Assembly: GCF_006345805.1 (NCBI RefSeq)
Contig: NC_043005.1
Span: 12,834,001 to 12,898,000 of the forward strand
Length of the DNA: 64,000 bases
Source of the DNA: Octopus sinensis
Taxonomy: Eukaryota
Direction: 5' to 3'
In this document: in pieces, positions 52,165 to 64,000 of the stretch
Position numbering within the stretch: the first letter of the stretch is position 1
How the letters are laid out: each line of letters begins with the position of its first letter
Translations under genes and position numbers: made by a program
Notes under the pieces: generated by a model
What the model was told of the DNA's origin: nothing
The model's database searches: none
What the model saw: only the letters and a program-made list of their open reading frames with translations

Positions 52165-53257
52165 CGGTACCACGCTGGTTTGAACGTGTAGCCAACATTC
52201 TCTTCTGATGGAAAGGGAAACGGGAGCAACGTAAAATTAAGAGTTTTGCTGAAGAATAAAATGCGCCGCCCAGTCAGTGAATCGAACCCACGACCTAGCG
52301 ATCGTAAGTCCAGTGGCTTAACCGCTAGGCCATGCACCTTCACACTCACACACACACACACAACACACACACACATATTTCACATGGCATGTCCGGACTG
52401 TTCAGACTGTCCGTTTGTTATCTCCGCTTTCAAACCTTCACTACATTGAAAAAAAATCTGCTATGTTTATGGGACACGTTCTACACACACACACGCACAC
52501 ACACACATACACACATACATACATACACACATACACACACCCTTCCACCTGCGCGCCACGAGTACATACACACACGAACGCACGCTGATACGGAGAAACG
52601 CAGATAAACGAATTCAACATTAAATAGGATAAGCGCCATTCACGAGTTACATTAGATGAAGTGTTGAGTGATAGACACTGGAGGAGGAGGAGGAGTGCAT
52701 TGAGAAGAAATGAGTAAAAGGCAGAGAGAGTACTGCTCTTTAGAGGGAACAAGAGAGGGGGAAAGGTGGCAGAGTGGAGAAGGAGAGAAAGAGGTAGAGA
52801 GAATAGGAATTAAGAGAGTACCATAAACAGTGAGAGAATAGCAGAGCGAGAAAAGAAGAATGTAGCAGAGTTTTATATATAGATAGATAGATAGATAAAG
52901 AGTGAGAGAGAAAGTGAGGAAGTGTGAGTCAGAAAGAGGATCGATAATATAAGATGGTTATGTAAAGTAAGTTGCATTATATTGGCTGTCTTATGATATA
53001 TATATATATATAGGTAATATATTGGGTAGATTGATCGGTTGTTCGTCAGATGGAAAGGTAGAGAAATATACATACATATAAACGTATGTATGTCTGTATG
53101 TATGTATGTATGTATGTATGTATGTATGTATGTATGTATGTATGTATTTTTGTATTCATTGAGGTGTGGGATATGTGTATATATATATATGTGTGTGCGT
53201 GTGTGTGTGCGTGTGTGTGAGTGTGTGTGCGTGTGTGTGTGTGTGTGTCTGCATAAT

Positions 53258-53487
53258 GGCGGCGAGCTGGCAGAATCGTTAGCACGCCGAGCGATTTATG
53301 TTTAGCGGTATTTCGTCTGTAGTTACGTTCTGAGTTCAAATTCCGCCGAGGTCGACTTTGCCTTTCATCCTTTCGGGGTCGATAAATTAAGTACCAGTAA
53401 AGCACTGGGGTTGATGTAATCGATTTAATCCATTTGTCTGTCCTTGTTTGTCCCTTCTATGTTTAGCCCCTTGTGGGTAATAAAGAA

Positions 53488-53490
<3 letters not shown>
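53258..53490 (+). mobile_element. SINE family B, full length
   Basis: Head, core and tail ending GGGTAATAAAGAAAT. Confidence 0.88.
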
Positions 53491-53559
<69 letters not shown>

Positions 53560-53588
53560 TGTGTGTCTGTGTGTGTGTGTGTGTATAA

Positions 53589-53824
53589 GGGCGGTGAGCT
53601 GGCAGAATCGTTAGCACGCCGAGCGATTTATGTTTAGCGATATTTCGTCTGTCGTTACGTTCTGAGTTCAAATTCCGCCGAGGTCGACTTTGCCTTTCAT
53701 CCTTCCGGGGGTGATTAGTGATTAAATAAGTACCAGTTACACACTGGACTCGATATAATCGACTTAAAACCTTTGTCTGTTCTTGTTTGTCTCTTCTATG
53801 TTTAACCCCCTGTGGGCAATAAAG

Positions 53825-53828
<4 letters not shown>
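53589..53828 (+). mobile_element. SINE family B, full length
   Basis: Shares the unusual CGAGCGATTTATGTTTAGCG variant with 53258-53490, suggesting local duplication. Confidence 0.88.
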
Positions 53829-53864
<36 letters not shown>

Positions 53865-54228
53865 ATATATCAGGTAATGATTTTGTGTTCATGGTAGTGC
53901 GGGATATATATTTATATATACCTGCATGCTGATGCATGTACAACTACATACAACATACGTGCATACATGCATACTTACATACATACACGTACATATGTGT
54001 ACACACATATATATGTACACGTATACACATACAGTGGACTGACGAAAGAAAAAAGTACCGAACGCATATAGTAGGAGTTATATGTATTATTATTTTAAAC
54101 AGCCTTGCCCCTGTGGCCAATAAAGAAAAGCTTATTTAAGACGGCTTTTGCTATCTGCCGCTTAGTTTCGTAGGCTTCTAACAGAAACCTATCTCGTTCA
54201 AGTTCAGATTACTGAATGCTGTCTATGC

Positions 54229-54259
<31 letters not shown>

Positions 54260-54276
54260 GATATATAATATATATC

Positions 54277-55683
54277 ACCTTGAACACCTTGACTGACGAG
54301 TCCGTCGGGTGTCCATTTGACACCGCTGATCACAGCACGCTGTCCACTCCTCTCTGGATTGCACCTTTCTCATCCACGTGATCCCAATCACCATCCTGAA
54401 AGAGTAACTCCACCGTCGTGGAGGCCTTCCGAGTGGTCGTTTCCACTCGCGCGGGTATCACTCGACGACTGCGCGAGTCCACCGATTATTGGTAAGCCGG
54501 GCGACGTGTCCAGGCCATCTAAACTTGCTGCGTGTATATTCTACGGTGACATCCCTCATGCCGGACTTCTCTCTGATGACCTCGCTACTTATGTGCTCTC
54601 TCAACGAGATTCCAAGCGTTGACCTTTCCATGGCTCATTGAGCCGTTACCAATCTCTGCTCTTCTCTCTTTGTTGTAGCCCATGTTTCACTACCATATAA
54701 CATTGCAGGCAGAACTGTGCTATTGATGAAGTTGACGCGGATGGTCCTGTCAAACCTTCCCTTAAGCACATCCCTTATGCCATTAAACGCCTTCCATTAG
54801 GCCCTTACTCTCCATGAGATCTCCTTTTCGATATCTCGGCACATATTCACTTCCTGTCCCAGGTAGACATATTTCTTTACTTCCTCTATTTCATCACTAC
54901 CGATCACCATTCGACCTGCTGGTACGTTGACTGACCGCATGATCTTCGTTTTCATGCGGCTCATCTTGAGACCTACTGCAGAGCTTTTGATGTCGAGCTC
55001 CGTCAGTATGGTCTGAAGCTGATCCATGGTTTCAGCGATGATTACGATGTCATCAGCGAAACGGAGGTGGGTGAGTAGCTCGCCATTGATGTTGACACCG
55101 TCTTGCCAGTCGATGCCTCTGATGATCTGCTCCTGACATGCAGTGAAAAGTTTTGGAGAAAACGTAACTCCTTGCTTCACTTCCTTCTCGACCAGCACAC
55201 GTACGGGTGATGACAGCAGATCTACATCGGTGGTGCATCCGGAATGTGCCTCCCTGAGCAGTTGCACATATTGCGCCTCGACTCCTTGCCTCTGCAGCGA
55301 GTTCAGCACTGCGTTGGTTTCGACGCTGTCTCAAACACAACGCAAAGAGGCAGATTGTACTCATTCGCTCGCTCAAGCAGTTGTGTTAGAGTAAATATAT
55401 GGTCCATCGCGCTGTAGTTTTTCCGGAAGCCGGCTTGTTCCCTCGGTTGTTGTTCGCCGAGGTGACGTGACAACCTGTTCAGAATTATCTTTGTGAACAG
55501 CTTGCACAGGTGAGACAGCAGGCATATGGGTCGGTAGTTCTTTAGATCTTCTCTATCGCCCTTCTTATATAGCAGGATGGTATTTGACTCTTTCCACTGC
55601 GAGGGAATTCTTTCCTCATCTAGATAGTGTGTGAATCGCTCGGCGAGGATTTCCGAGAGCTACTCTCTGCCTGACTTTAACAC
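54277..55683 (-). mobile_element. RTE-clade LINE, 5'-truncated, decayed RT
   Basis: WKESNTILLYKKGDREDLKNYRPICLLSHLCKLFTKII, QPREQAGFRK..DHI, VKQG..SPKLF, LTHLRFADDIV, GLKMSRMKTKIM, YVYLGQ. Confidence 0.92.
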
Positions 55684-55744
55684 CTCAGATGTTATATATA
55701 TATATATACATATATTATATATGCATATATGTATGTATGTATAT

Positions 55745-55885
55745 ATGTAGTTGAAATTTACAGAAAAACAAAAGACGAACACAGGTGTATAAACATCAAA
55801 CAGGTGTATTAGTTTAACGCTCGGGAAGGTGAGAAAATTTTTCCGTTTCGAGCCTACGCTCTTCATCAGAAAGGAACACGATGAA
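55745..55885 (-). mobile_element. Short hammerhead-motif element between microsatellites
   Basis: Minus strand CCTTT-CTGATGA-AGAGC-GTAG-GCTC-GAAAC-GGA (55874-55842); downstream sequence homologous to 32320-32446. Confidence 0.7.
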
Positions 55886-55889
55886 ATGA

Positions 55890-55921
<32 letters not shown>

Positions 55922-55994
55922 AGTGTTTACCGGGACGTTTGTTTTGAAGGGTGCTGTTGTGTGTGTCCCTCGGTTTCTTCCTTCTATACATCAG

Positions 55995-56545
55995 TGACAT
56001 TCTTGTCACATCCTTTCACAGATGACACGACTCTTCATAGTTCCCTAACATCCTCTTATTCTGTATCCACATGCACCCTAGGCACCACAAACCTAAACTG
56101 CCAACCTACATTGAATCCATAAACGGACGCCTTGAAAGCATCCTTCATTGGGACCGCGCCGTCCTTGTCCCTTTTGACTGCCCATGTCAAAAAAACATGA
56201 TGGTTTCTCTTGACTACTCATATCAAGAAAACACCACTACCCCTCGCCCTCTCTAAACATGAACAGCACAGACCTACAACCCTCGCAATCGTTCCAGATG
56301 CTGGGCCTTACAATTACTGTGGATATCTCTTGAGGAAAAACACATCCTTGTCATAGATAGATCCGCATTCCAGTTACTCGTACTTTTCTTTAGGACTAGA
56401 AGAATTTTCAACCCTGAACCACTGCTGATAGTCAACAAGGATCAAGTAGGTCTCACAGTGGAGTAACGGAACTACTGTCATGCATCCAGATGAGACTCAC
56501 TTGGCTGGTTCACATTCCATTAGAAACGGACACACATGCGTGCTG

Positions 56546-56588
<43 letters not shown>

Positions 56589-56780
56589 CTATTGCTGCTA
56601 AAATAGCTTCCTCTCCTCGGATCTGGTTGGTCTCGTACCTCCACCACTCAGATACCCCCGATCCACTCGTTTTTCCATCTGTTGTCACACTTGGTACGTT
56701 CAACACTCCCTTTTACCGCACTAACAATTATTCGCAATCCTTCAACCCCAGAAAATTGGTCCTCTGAAATCTTACAATTC
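55995..56780 (+). mobile_element. Highly decayed CR1/L2/Jockey-group RT 3' region
   Basis: FTDDTTLH (FADDTTL-like), MLGLTI, KDQVGLTVE (KAQVRPxME-like), RTNNYSQSFNPR. Confidence 0.55.
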
Positions 56781-58019
56781 GTCTTTCTTGCAGTGTTCAC
56801 CTGCAACAGTTTAAACTGAATATTAAAGCATCATTCTCACAAGTCACGCATGATCTACCATCGTCATGCGCGCTGACCTTCTTTCAGACACAGCAAATAT
56901 ATTTGTATACACAATTGTGATGGTTACGGTTGAAATGCTTTTGGTAATAGGTTTAACTAATCGGTTAGCAAATAATAGTAAAACACGCAACACCAACACA
57001 TGCAACTCTAAGAACACCGATAATAGCGAAACAAATAATAGTAAGAAAGGAGGCCCCATACGTTGATAAAAAACATAGCAGCCATTTTGGTCTCCATAAC
57101 ACAATGCAATCTTTTAAGAAAAAAGAGACCATAGATACATTACGTATGAGAAAAGAATGGTCACAGTTTGAACACTTCTGACCCATTTGACTTCTGGATA
57201 AGGGCTTCGGCTAAAATAACAGCAACAACTCTAGTAAGGTGGAATTTAGCAGAGACGATGCTTGATTTCAAAGTGTAAAAACAGCAGCATAAAATACTGC
57301 TGCTAACACCACCAATATGTCGATAATATTATATTAAGTAGTGTAATAAATTATATAACAATCAATCTTAAGACTGATAGTAATAAACATTAACATAGCT
57401 TTAACAAGCTTATCTCTCACTTGTAAGCGAGAACGACCTGGTAGTTTATACCATGCTTTCGTTAATTGTTTTAGGTGCCTATGCAGCCAGCGAACAAATA
57501 TGGATACTTTCTTAGGGCTTTTACTTAAGATCCAGCAGAACTCAAAGATGTGACAGCAGGATGATAAGAGCTGCACCTCCGTTCGGCTGAGTAGACTGGA
57601 GTAATGTGAAAAGAACACAACGCGCCGCCTGGTCCACGAATTGAACGCACAACCTACCAATCATGAGTCTAATACATCAACTGCTAACTGACATGGCTTT
57701 AGCTTTGGTAATTTTGACATTGATATTTCCCACTTTTGGTACAAAGACTGGAATTTTGGGAGACAGGGAAAGTCGATTATATCGGCCCCTGTGCTCTACT
57801 AGTACTCTCGCCTCTTTTATCGTCCTCGAAAGGCGAGGCCGACCTCGACACAATTAGAACTCAGAACGTAAAGATGGAAGAGATGCTTCTCAGTATTTTG
57901 TCCGGCGTGCTAACGGTTCTGCCAACACGCTGCCTCAGTAATGACATCATCATTAACAGCAACATCAATAACAAAAACAACGAGTTACAACGTACACAAC
58001 AATAAAATTATGAATAGTA

Positions 58020-58069
58020 CCGACAATTTTAACTACTACTACTAACTACTGCAACAACAACTACTACTT

Positions 58070-58107
<38 letters not shown>

Positions 58108-58220
58108 GTTGCTACTACAACTACAACTAACTACTGCTACTACTACTAACTACTAACTACTACTACTACTAACTATTTCTACTACTACTACTACTAACTA
58201 CTTCTACTACTACTACTGCA

Positions 58221-58282
<62 letters not shown>

Positions 58283-58336
58283 ACTACTTCTACTACTAAC
58301 TACTTCTACTACTACTACTACTACTAACTACTACTA

Positions 58337-58382
<46 letters not shown>

Positions 58383-58400
58383 ACACTACTACTGCTGCTG
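58020..58400. repeat. (CTA)n/(ACTA) microsatellite
   Basis: Direct inspection. Confidence 0.95.
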
Positions 58401-58853
58401 CTGCAGAAAGAACAGCAGCGGCAACAGTGAACATTTAATATTAGTTACAGACAATACCTGGTTTCCAGTTTCTCCAAGTTTAAACCACAATAAACTACAA
58501 AGCACACAAGACAGTTCAGTATGAATCATAACAATGTTGTGCACAGATCACACCCAGCCGTCTGTGTACATACAACCTATTATGATTCATAGACAACGAA
58601 ACGAAATGACTGTAAAATGGAAGTCCAGCTGGATATGCGTGCAGCAAATTTGATTTGCAGCAAACTTTGACTTCCCCCACTCACCTGTCATTTCGTGACA
58701 AACCGCCTGCAAACACCCAGATGCATGCACAATACCCGAGAAAATTACACCTGCAGCATCTTAAAGGAAATTTCGTTTGCAGTCAGCCTACATAAGCAGA
58801 AAAATAATGCGCATAGAAAAAGATGTAGCATGAACACCCTCATTGACCAGACA

Positions 58854-59057
58854 TACTGAGCTGAGGATGTACTGAGCAGAAGATATACTGAGCTGAGGAT
58901 GTACTGAGCTGAGGATATACTGAGCTGAGGATATACTGAGCTGAGGATATACTGAGCTGAGGATGTACTGAGCTGAGGATGTACTGAGCTGAGGATATAC
59001 TGAGCTGAGGTTGTACTGAGCTGAGGATGTACTGAGCTAAGGATATACTGAGCTGAG
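58854..59057. repeat. 16-bp minisatellite TACTGAGCTGAGGAT(G/A), about 13 copies
   Basis: Contiguous units without spacers. Confidence 0.9.
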
Positions 59058-59167
59058 CATTTCCTCATTCTGCCAAACTACTCTGTGGCTATCAACTATC
59101 AACAGAATCTACGGGCGTATTGGATTAGAGAGTGGAAGTGATGCAATAAGATCTGAATATTAACAAT

Positions 59168-59476
59168 GGTGGCTGTGTGGTAAGTAGCTTGATTACGAAC
59201 CACATGGTTCCGGGTTCAGTCCCACTCCGTGACACCTTAGGAAAGTGTCTTCTACTATAGCCTCGGACCGACCAAAGCCTTGTGAGTGGATTTGGTAGAC
59301 GAAAACTGAAAGAAGCCCGTCGTATATATGTATGCGCGCGCGCGCGTGTGTCTGTGCGTATATGTTTGTGTGTCTGTGTTTGTCCCCCCAACATCGCTTG
59401 ACAACCGATGCTGGTGTGTTTACGTCCCCATAATTTAGCGGTTCGGCAAAACGGACCGATAGAATAAGTACTAGGC
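59168..59476 (+). mobile_element. SINE family A, tail missing
   Basis: Head, core and microsatellite; ends at AAGTACTAGGC. Confidence 0.85.
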
Positions 59477-59593
59477 GTATAAACACACACACACACACAC
59501 AAAGATATATATATATATACGCACACAGTCATCATACATCTAGTCACACAGTCATATATACATTCATACATTTACATACATACATACATATAA

Positions 59594-59664
<71 letters not shown>

Positions 59665-59732
59665 TATACTTATATATATAAATATAAATATTCATACATA
59701 CATACATAAATACATGCATATAATATAAAAAG

Positions 59733-60045
59733 GTAAGACCCCCTTCGGTCATGAATGACCATGGGATTGCACCTAGAGAGTTACTCTCTGAGGCACAAGT
59801 CCGGGAAGGTTGTTTATGGAAGACCAGCAGTCGCCCATGCATACCGGCCTCCCTCTCCACGCCACCAGTGTTTTCCAAGGGAAAGGCAAAGGGGCCGATA
59901 CAGCTTGGCACCTGTGACCGTCGCAACTCATTTCTACAGCTGAGTGAACTGGAGCAACGTGAAATAAAGTGCCTTGCTCAAGAACACAATACGCAGCCCG
60001 GTCCGGGATTCGAGCTCACAACCTCACGATCGTAAGCTCGACGCT
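59733..60045 (-). mobile_element. SINE family D
   Basis: Reverse complement of 5303-5646. Confidence 0.85.
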
Positions 60046-60524
60046 ATATATATATACACATACATACATATACATATATGTATGTATTTAACAGTTGACA
60101 ACTGATTACACATGCAATGTCAAATATTACACAAGCGCAGCAGTGTACGAGTGTAGCAGTGTAGCAAGCAGTTCAGTATTATCATTGCAGCGATGCAGTA
60201 GCGTTATACCGACTGTAGTAATGTCAATCAGAACATTAGCGCACTAGAGCAGCACATCGTCTGAATAAGAGGTGATTGCATATCAACCATTCGCCATAGC
60301 TGTAGCGCAGCTCTAACAGTCACTCTGTCGACAAATGAAATATTTCCTGTAAAACCTGAATATAGACATTTAAAAATATCTTGTTTTCAATTTGTATGTG
60401 TTTTTTTTCCTCTGCTATTGAGTCACTTTTGAAATAAATAGTGAAATTGCTAAATGTGATGAAGGAATAAACGAAATTCATTATAGAATTTTATCTATCT
60501 GTTTGCCTTTCATTGTATCTGTCT

Positions 60525-60529
60525 GTCGC

Positions 60530-60604
<75 letters not shown>

Positions 60605-60794
60605 GTATGTCTGTCTGTCTGTCTATCTATCTGTCTGTCTGTCTGTCTGTCTGCCTGTCTGTCTATCTATCTGTCTGTCTATCTATCTATCGTTCGATCT
60701 ATCGATCTACTTATCTACTTATCTATCCATCTATCGATCGATCGATCTCTCTGACAGTACGTCTGTCTATCCAGTTATCTATTCGTCTATCTAT

Positions 60795-60872
<78 letters not shown>

Positions 60873-60914
60873 GTCTATCGATCTATCTGTCTATCTATCT
60901 ATCTATCTATCTAT
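60525..60914. repeat. (TATC)n/(TGTC)n microsatellite
   Basis: Direct inspection. Confidence 0.95.
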
Positions 60915-61975
60915 AGCATTCTATAGGGGATTAGTGGAGGGGAGGTAGGACGACAAGCTCGGGGCGAACCTGGACGTCGACGAGGAATACCTGACCCGCC
61001 TGTTCGGGACGACTTTCGGGCCAGGGCCCATGGACAACCTCCAGAGATCCCTGGCCTGGCAGTGCTACCGAGAAGCGCTACCCGTTCGGGATAAGCTCTA
61101 CAGACACGGCTCGAGAAACACGGAGCCGACCTGCCCGAGATGCGGTCAGAGCGACGAAACCGTTCTGCACGCACTCGTGCAGTGTCCAACAATTTCCGAC
61201 CTGTGGGCTTATGTCGAACAACTGCTGTCACGTGTGGGACGAGTCGGTTTATCAGCTGAGTCTATCGTCAATATTGTCACGCCTCCTTCCTTCAAACGGG
61301 AAGGAAGAGCTATTTTCATCATCCTTGTGGCTATGGCGAAAGAATGTATCTGGTGGACGCGTCTGAAAGGATTGGAGACAAACATTTTCCTCTCTGGTCA
61401 ACCTCTCATCAACTTCTTCAAGTACCACTTGAAAAGGAAAGTGAGAGTAGAGAGGCAAGTTTTGTCTAGCGAACGTTTTAAAAAAAGATGGGTGAATGTA
61501 GCAAGGATGGCACGTATGAATGACGAAGCCACCTTGAGCATAATCCTATGAACCCAGAAATTGAAAACAGAGGGTTACCCACTTGCAAACAAATGTGGTA
61601 ACATACAACAATATTGACCAAGGTTACCGTGGTCTTTTTCGTAGGCTTTTCTTCCCACGGATAAACCTTACTTGCTTTCCCCTTTACACCATACATCATG
61701 ACACTGTGATACACGATCCCTATTGATCATTTTTTCTTCCTCTCCCCCTTTTTTCCTCTTTTTTCTTCTTTTTTCATTTTTCTTTTCTTTTTTTCCCTTT
61801 TTCTTTTTTTCTTTTCCTTTTTTCTTTTTTTCCTTTTTTTTTGTTCTTTTTTCCCTTTTACGATCCCTTTTGATCGAAAACCTACGCCACCTTTTTTTTT
61901 TTCTCCCTCAAAAGAAAAGCTCTACCTTGTAACTTGTCCCATCTGTGTGCAGCTCTGTGTGGCCAATAAAGAAAC
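60915..61975 (+). mobile_element. Tx1/L1-clade LINE, 5'-truncated (zf-RVT region, 3'UTR, intact 3' end)
   Basis: ORF 61030-61551: ALPVRDKLYRHG..TCPRCGQSDETVLHALVQCP..LWAYV..AKECIWWTR..KKRW; T-rich 3'UTR ends GGCCAATAAAGAAAC, then TATCTATC. Confidence 0.88.
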
Positions 61976-62199
61976 TTATCTATCTATCTATCACCCAATC
62001 TCTATGTATGTATCTTTGCATGTACGAATATGTATTTGTGCGTGTGTATACATACATTATATGTGTGCGTGTGTGTGTGTGTGTGCGCGCGCGCGTGTGT
62101 GTGAATGTATGTGTATGTACAAGTACATACGTGCATACACACATTAATATCTAAGCATATACAAAAATATGAACAAGAGAAGACGGATTGAACAAGCTT

Positions 62200-63225
62200 T
62201 ATTACGAGGTTCCTCACAGAAGTTCCATTGTATGAGGGTAGTGAAGGAACCTGGCATGGGTGGGGCGCTGATCAATTTGGATCAATCAAAATCTTTCGAT
62301 AGGGTAGACCATCTCTACTTGGAGGCTGTCCTAAGAGCGGCTGGTTTCGGTCCCGTTTTCCGCGCTTGGATCACCGCCTTATACAGCGGCATCCGCTCGG
62401 TATTTCGCGTAAATGGTCATCTGCCCAGACCATTTAACATCACGTGTTCAGTTCGTCATGGATGCCCCCTGTCGTCACCCAGCAATGTGCCGAAAGGAAG
62501 CTATCCTTAAAAGGTCAAGCGGAGGTGGCGAACGCGTACATCGCATCCATCCTCGATTACTGTCTGCCCGTCGTGCCTTGTCCCGACCCTACCATCAACA
62601 AACTGGAACGCATACTCTTCCGCTTTTTGTGGAAAGGAAACGTTCCGATGGTTAGGCGATCTATTTGCTGTCAACATCCACTAAATGGAGAGCTGGGCAT
62701 GCCGTGGTGATGATGCGCAGACATGCCCTGAGACTGCGGCATTTCCGGCGCTTCATAGACTTCGGTGAACAGGTGTGGTCGCCGTTTGTACGGCGCGCTC
62801 TCCTGCAGCTTCTCTCCTAGGCTGAACTGCAGTCATGGATCAAACAGAGACCGAGACTAGGCGAATGGCACTGCGAGTGTCGCCTTGCTCTCAAGCAACT
62901 CTGCCGTCCGGGAACAAACTTGTGCGACTTCAATTCCACAAAGGCGTTCTATAGAGGATTAGTAGAGGGGAGGTGCGACGACGTTCTCGGGCAGAATCTG
63001 GGCGTCGACGAGGAACACCTGATCCGCCTGTTCAGGACAACTATCGGGCCGAGACCTATGGACAATCACCAGAGATCCCTGGCATGTCGGTGCTATCGAG
63101 AAGCATTGCCCGTTCGGGATAAGGTCTACAGGCACGGTTCGAGACACACCGGACCGACTTGCCCGAGATGCGATCGGAGCGACGAAACTGTTCTGCACGC
63201 ACTCGTGCAGTGTCCAACCATTTCG
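62200..63225 (+). mobile_element. Second Tx1/L1-clade LINE fragment with internal deletion
   Basis: GALINLDQSKSFDRVDHLYL..GFGP..WITALY..VNG..SVRHGCPLS; then KLERILFRFLWKG..LGMP and CPRCDRSDETVLHALVQC; related to but diverged from 60915-61200. Confidence 0.88.
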
Positions 63226-63670
63226 TTATATTTATATAATAAAACTAATTAAGAAAATGTTTTCTCTTCACGTTTTTCTAGTGTGTATAAATATGCATTT
63301 TTGTAATTATTAAATTGTATTTTCTTATAGCGGTTAAATGAACACGAAGATAATATTATACATACATGACGCTAATATTCGTTAGCGTTCCGTAAAGTAT
63401 ATTTCTCTATGTCGTTACAAACTGTAGTTCGGATTTGCGTATAATGATAACACTTAAGTTATAAGTGACGTTTTAATCATTATATACACCCTTACTTAAA
63501 AAGCCAAATAAAATAATCTATTTCCAAATAGGAAACACAATAAATAGCATTGCATAACGTAAACAAAACTAATTAGAGAATATACGATATAATAATAACA
63601 TAAGAGAAGGCTCATGGTAGCCTAAAACCGCTAAAGGAAAAACGGTATTATCTACCGTATTATCTATCTA

Positions 63671-63901
63671 AGGCGGCGAGCTGGCAGAAACGTTAGCACA
63701 CCGAGCGAAATGCGTAGCCGTATTTTGTCTGCCATTACGTTCTGAGTTCAAATTCTGCCGAGGTCGACTTTGCATTTCATCCTTTCGGAGTCGATAAATT
63801 AAGTACCAGTTACACACTGGGGTCGATATAATCGACTTAATCCGTTTGTCTGTCTTGTTTGTCCTCTCTGTGTTTAGCCCCTTGTGGGTAGTAAAGAAAT
63901 A
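63671..63901 (+). mobile_element. SINE family B, full length, with apparent target duplication
   Basis: Complete copy; GGTATTATCTACCG at 63644-63657 and 63902-63915. Confidence 0.88.
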
Positions 63902-64000
63902 GGTATTATCTACCGATGAGACATGGTGTTGTAGCTAGGACACTCTATAATGAAATCCGTGGGAAGGTTAATCCCGAGGACAAAGAAATAAAAACCCACA

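Noticed and set aside
54277-54330. CCGACGGA shared between the RTE 3' end and the SINE-C tail
   Set aside because: Only about 8 nt match, too short to support a SINE-LINE partnership.
58854-59057. Regular short repeats resembling a CRISPR array
   Set aside because: Units are contiguous with no unique spacers, there are no cas genes, and the context is eukaryotic; it is a minisatellite.

Overview
AT-rich eukaryotic genomic DNA made almost entirely of transposable elements and microsatellites. The repeat families resemble those of octopus/coleoid cephalopods (inference from memory, not a search). I found no convincing host protein-coding exon, tRNA gene, intact rRNA gene or CRISPR array, and most ORFs in the track are microsatellite translations. 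Contents: (i) about 30 copies of at least five tRNA-headed SINE families (working names A, B, C, D, F) with swapped modules; (ii) a near full-length, decayed 4.7-kb CR1/L2-group LINE at 10229-14910 (-), whose putative ORF1 has a Myb/SANT(trihelix)-like domain in frame with tandem CCCH zinc fingers; (iii) fragments of Tx1/L1, RTE, R4/Dong and Penelope-like retroelements, mariner, a hAT MITE and four Helitron-type elements; (iv) short microsatellite-embedded elements with minimal hammerhead-ribozyme motifs, and long foldback palindromes; (v) a GC-rich direct repeat enclosing a 28S rRNA-like fragment. The most notable observations are two SINE-LINE 3'-tail partnerships visible inside the window (SINE-B with Tx1, SINE-A with the CR1-like LINE), the Myb+CCCH ORF1, and the hammerhead/palindrome elements. 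All alignments were done by eye and boundaries are approximate.
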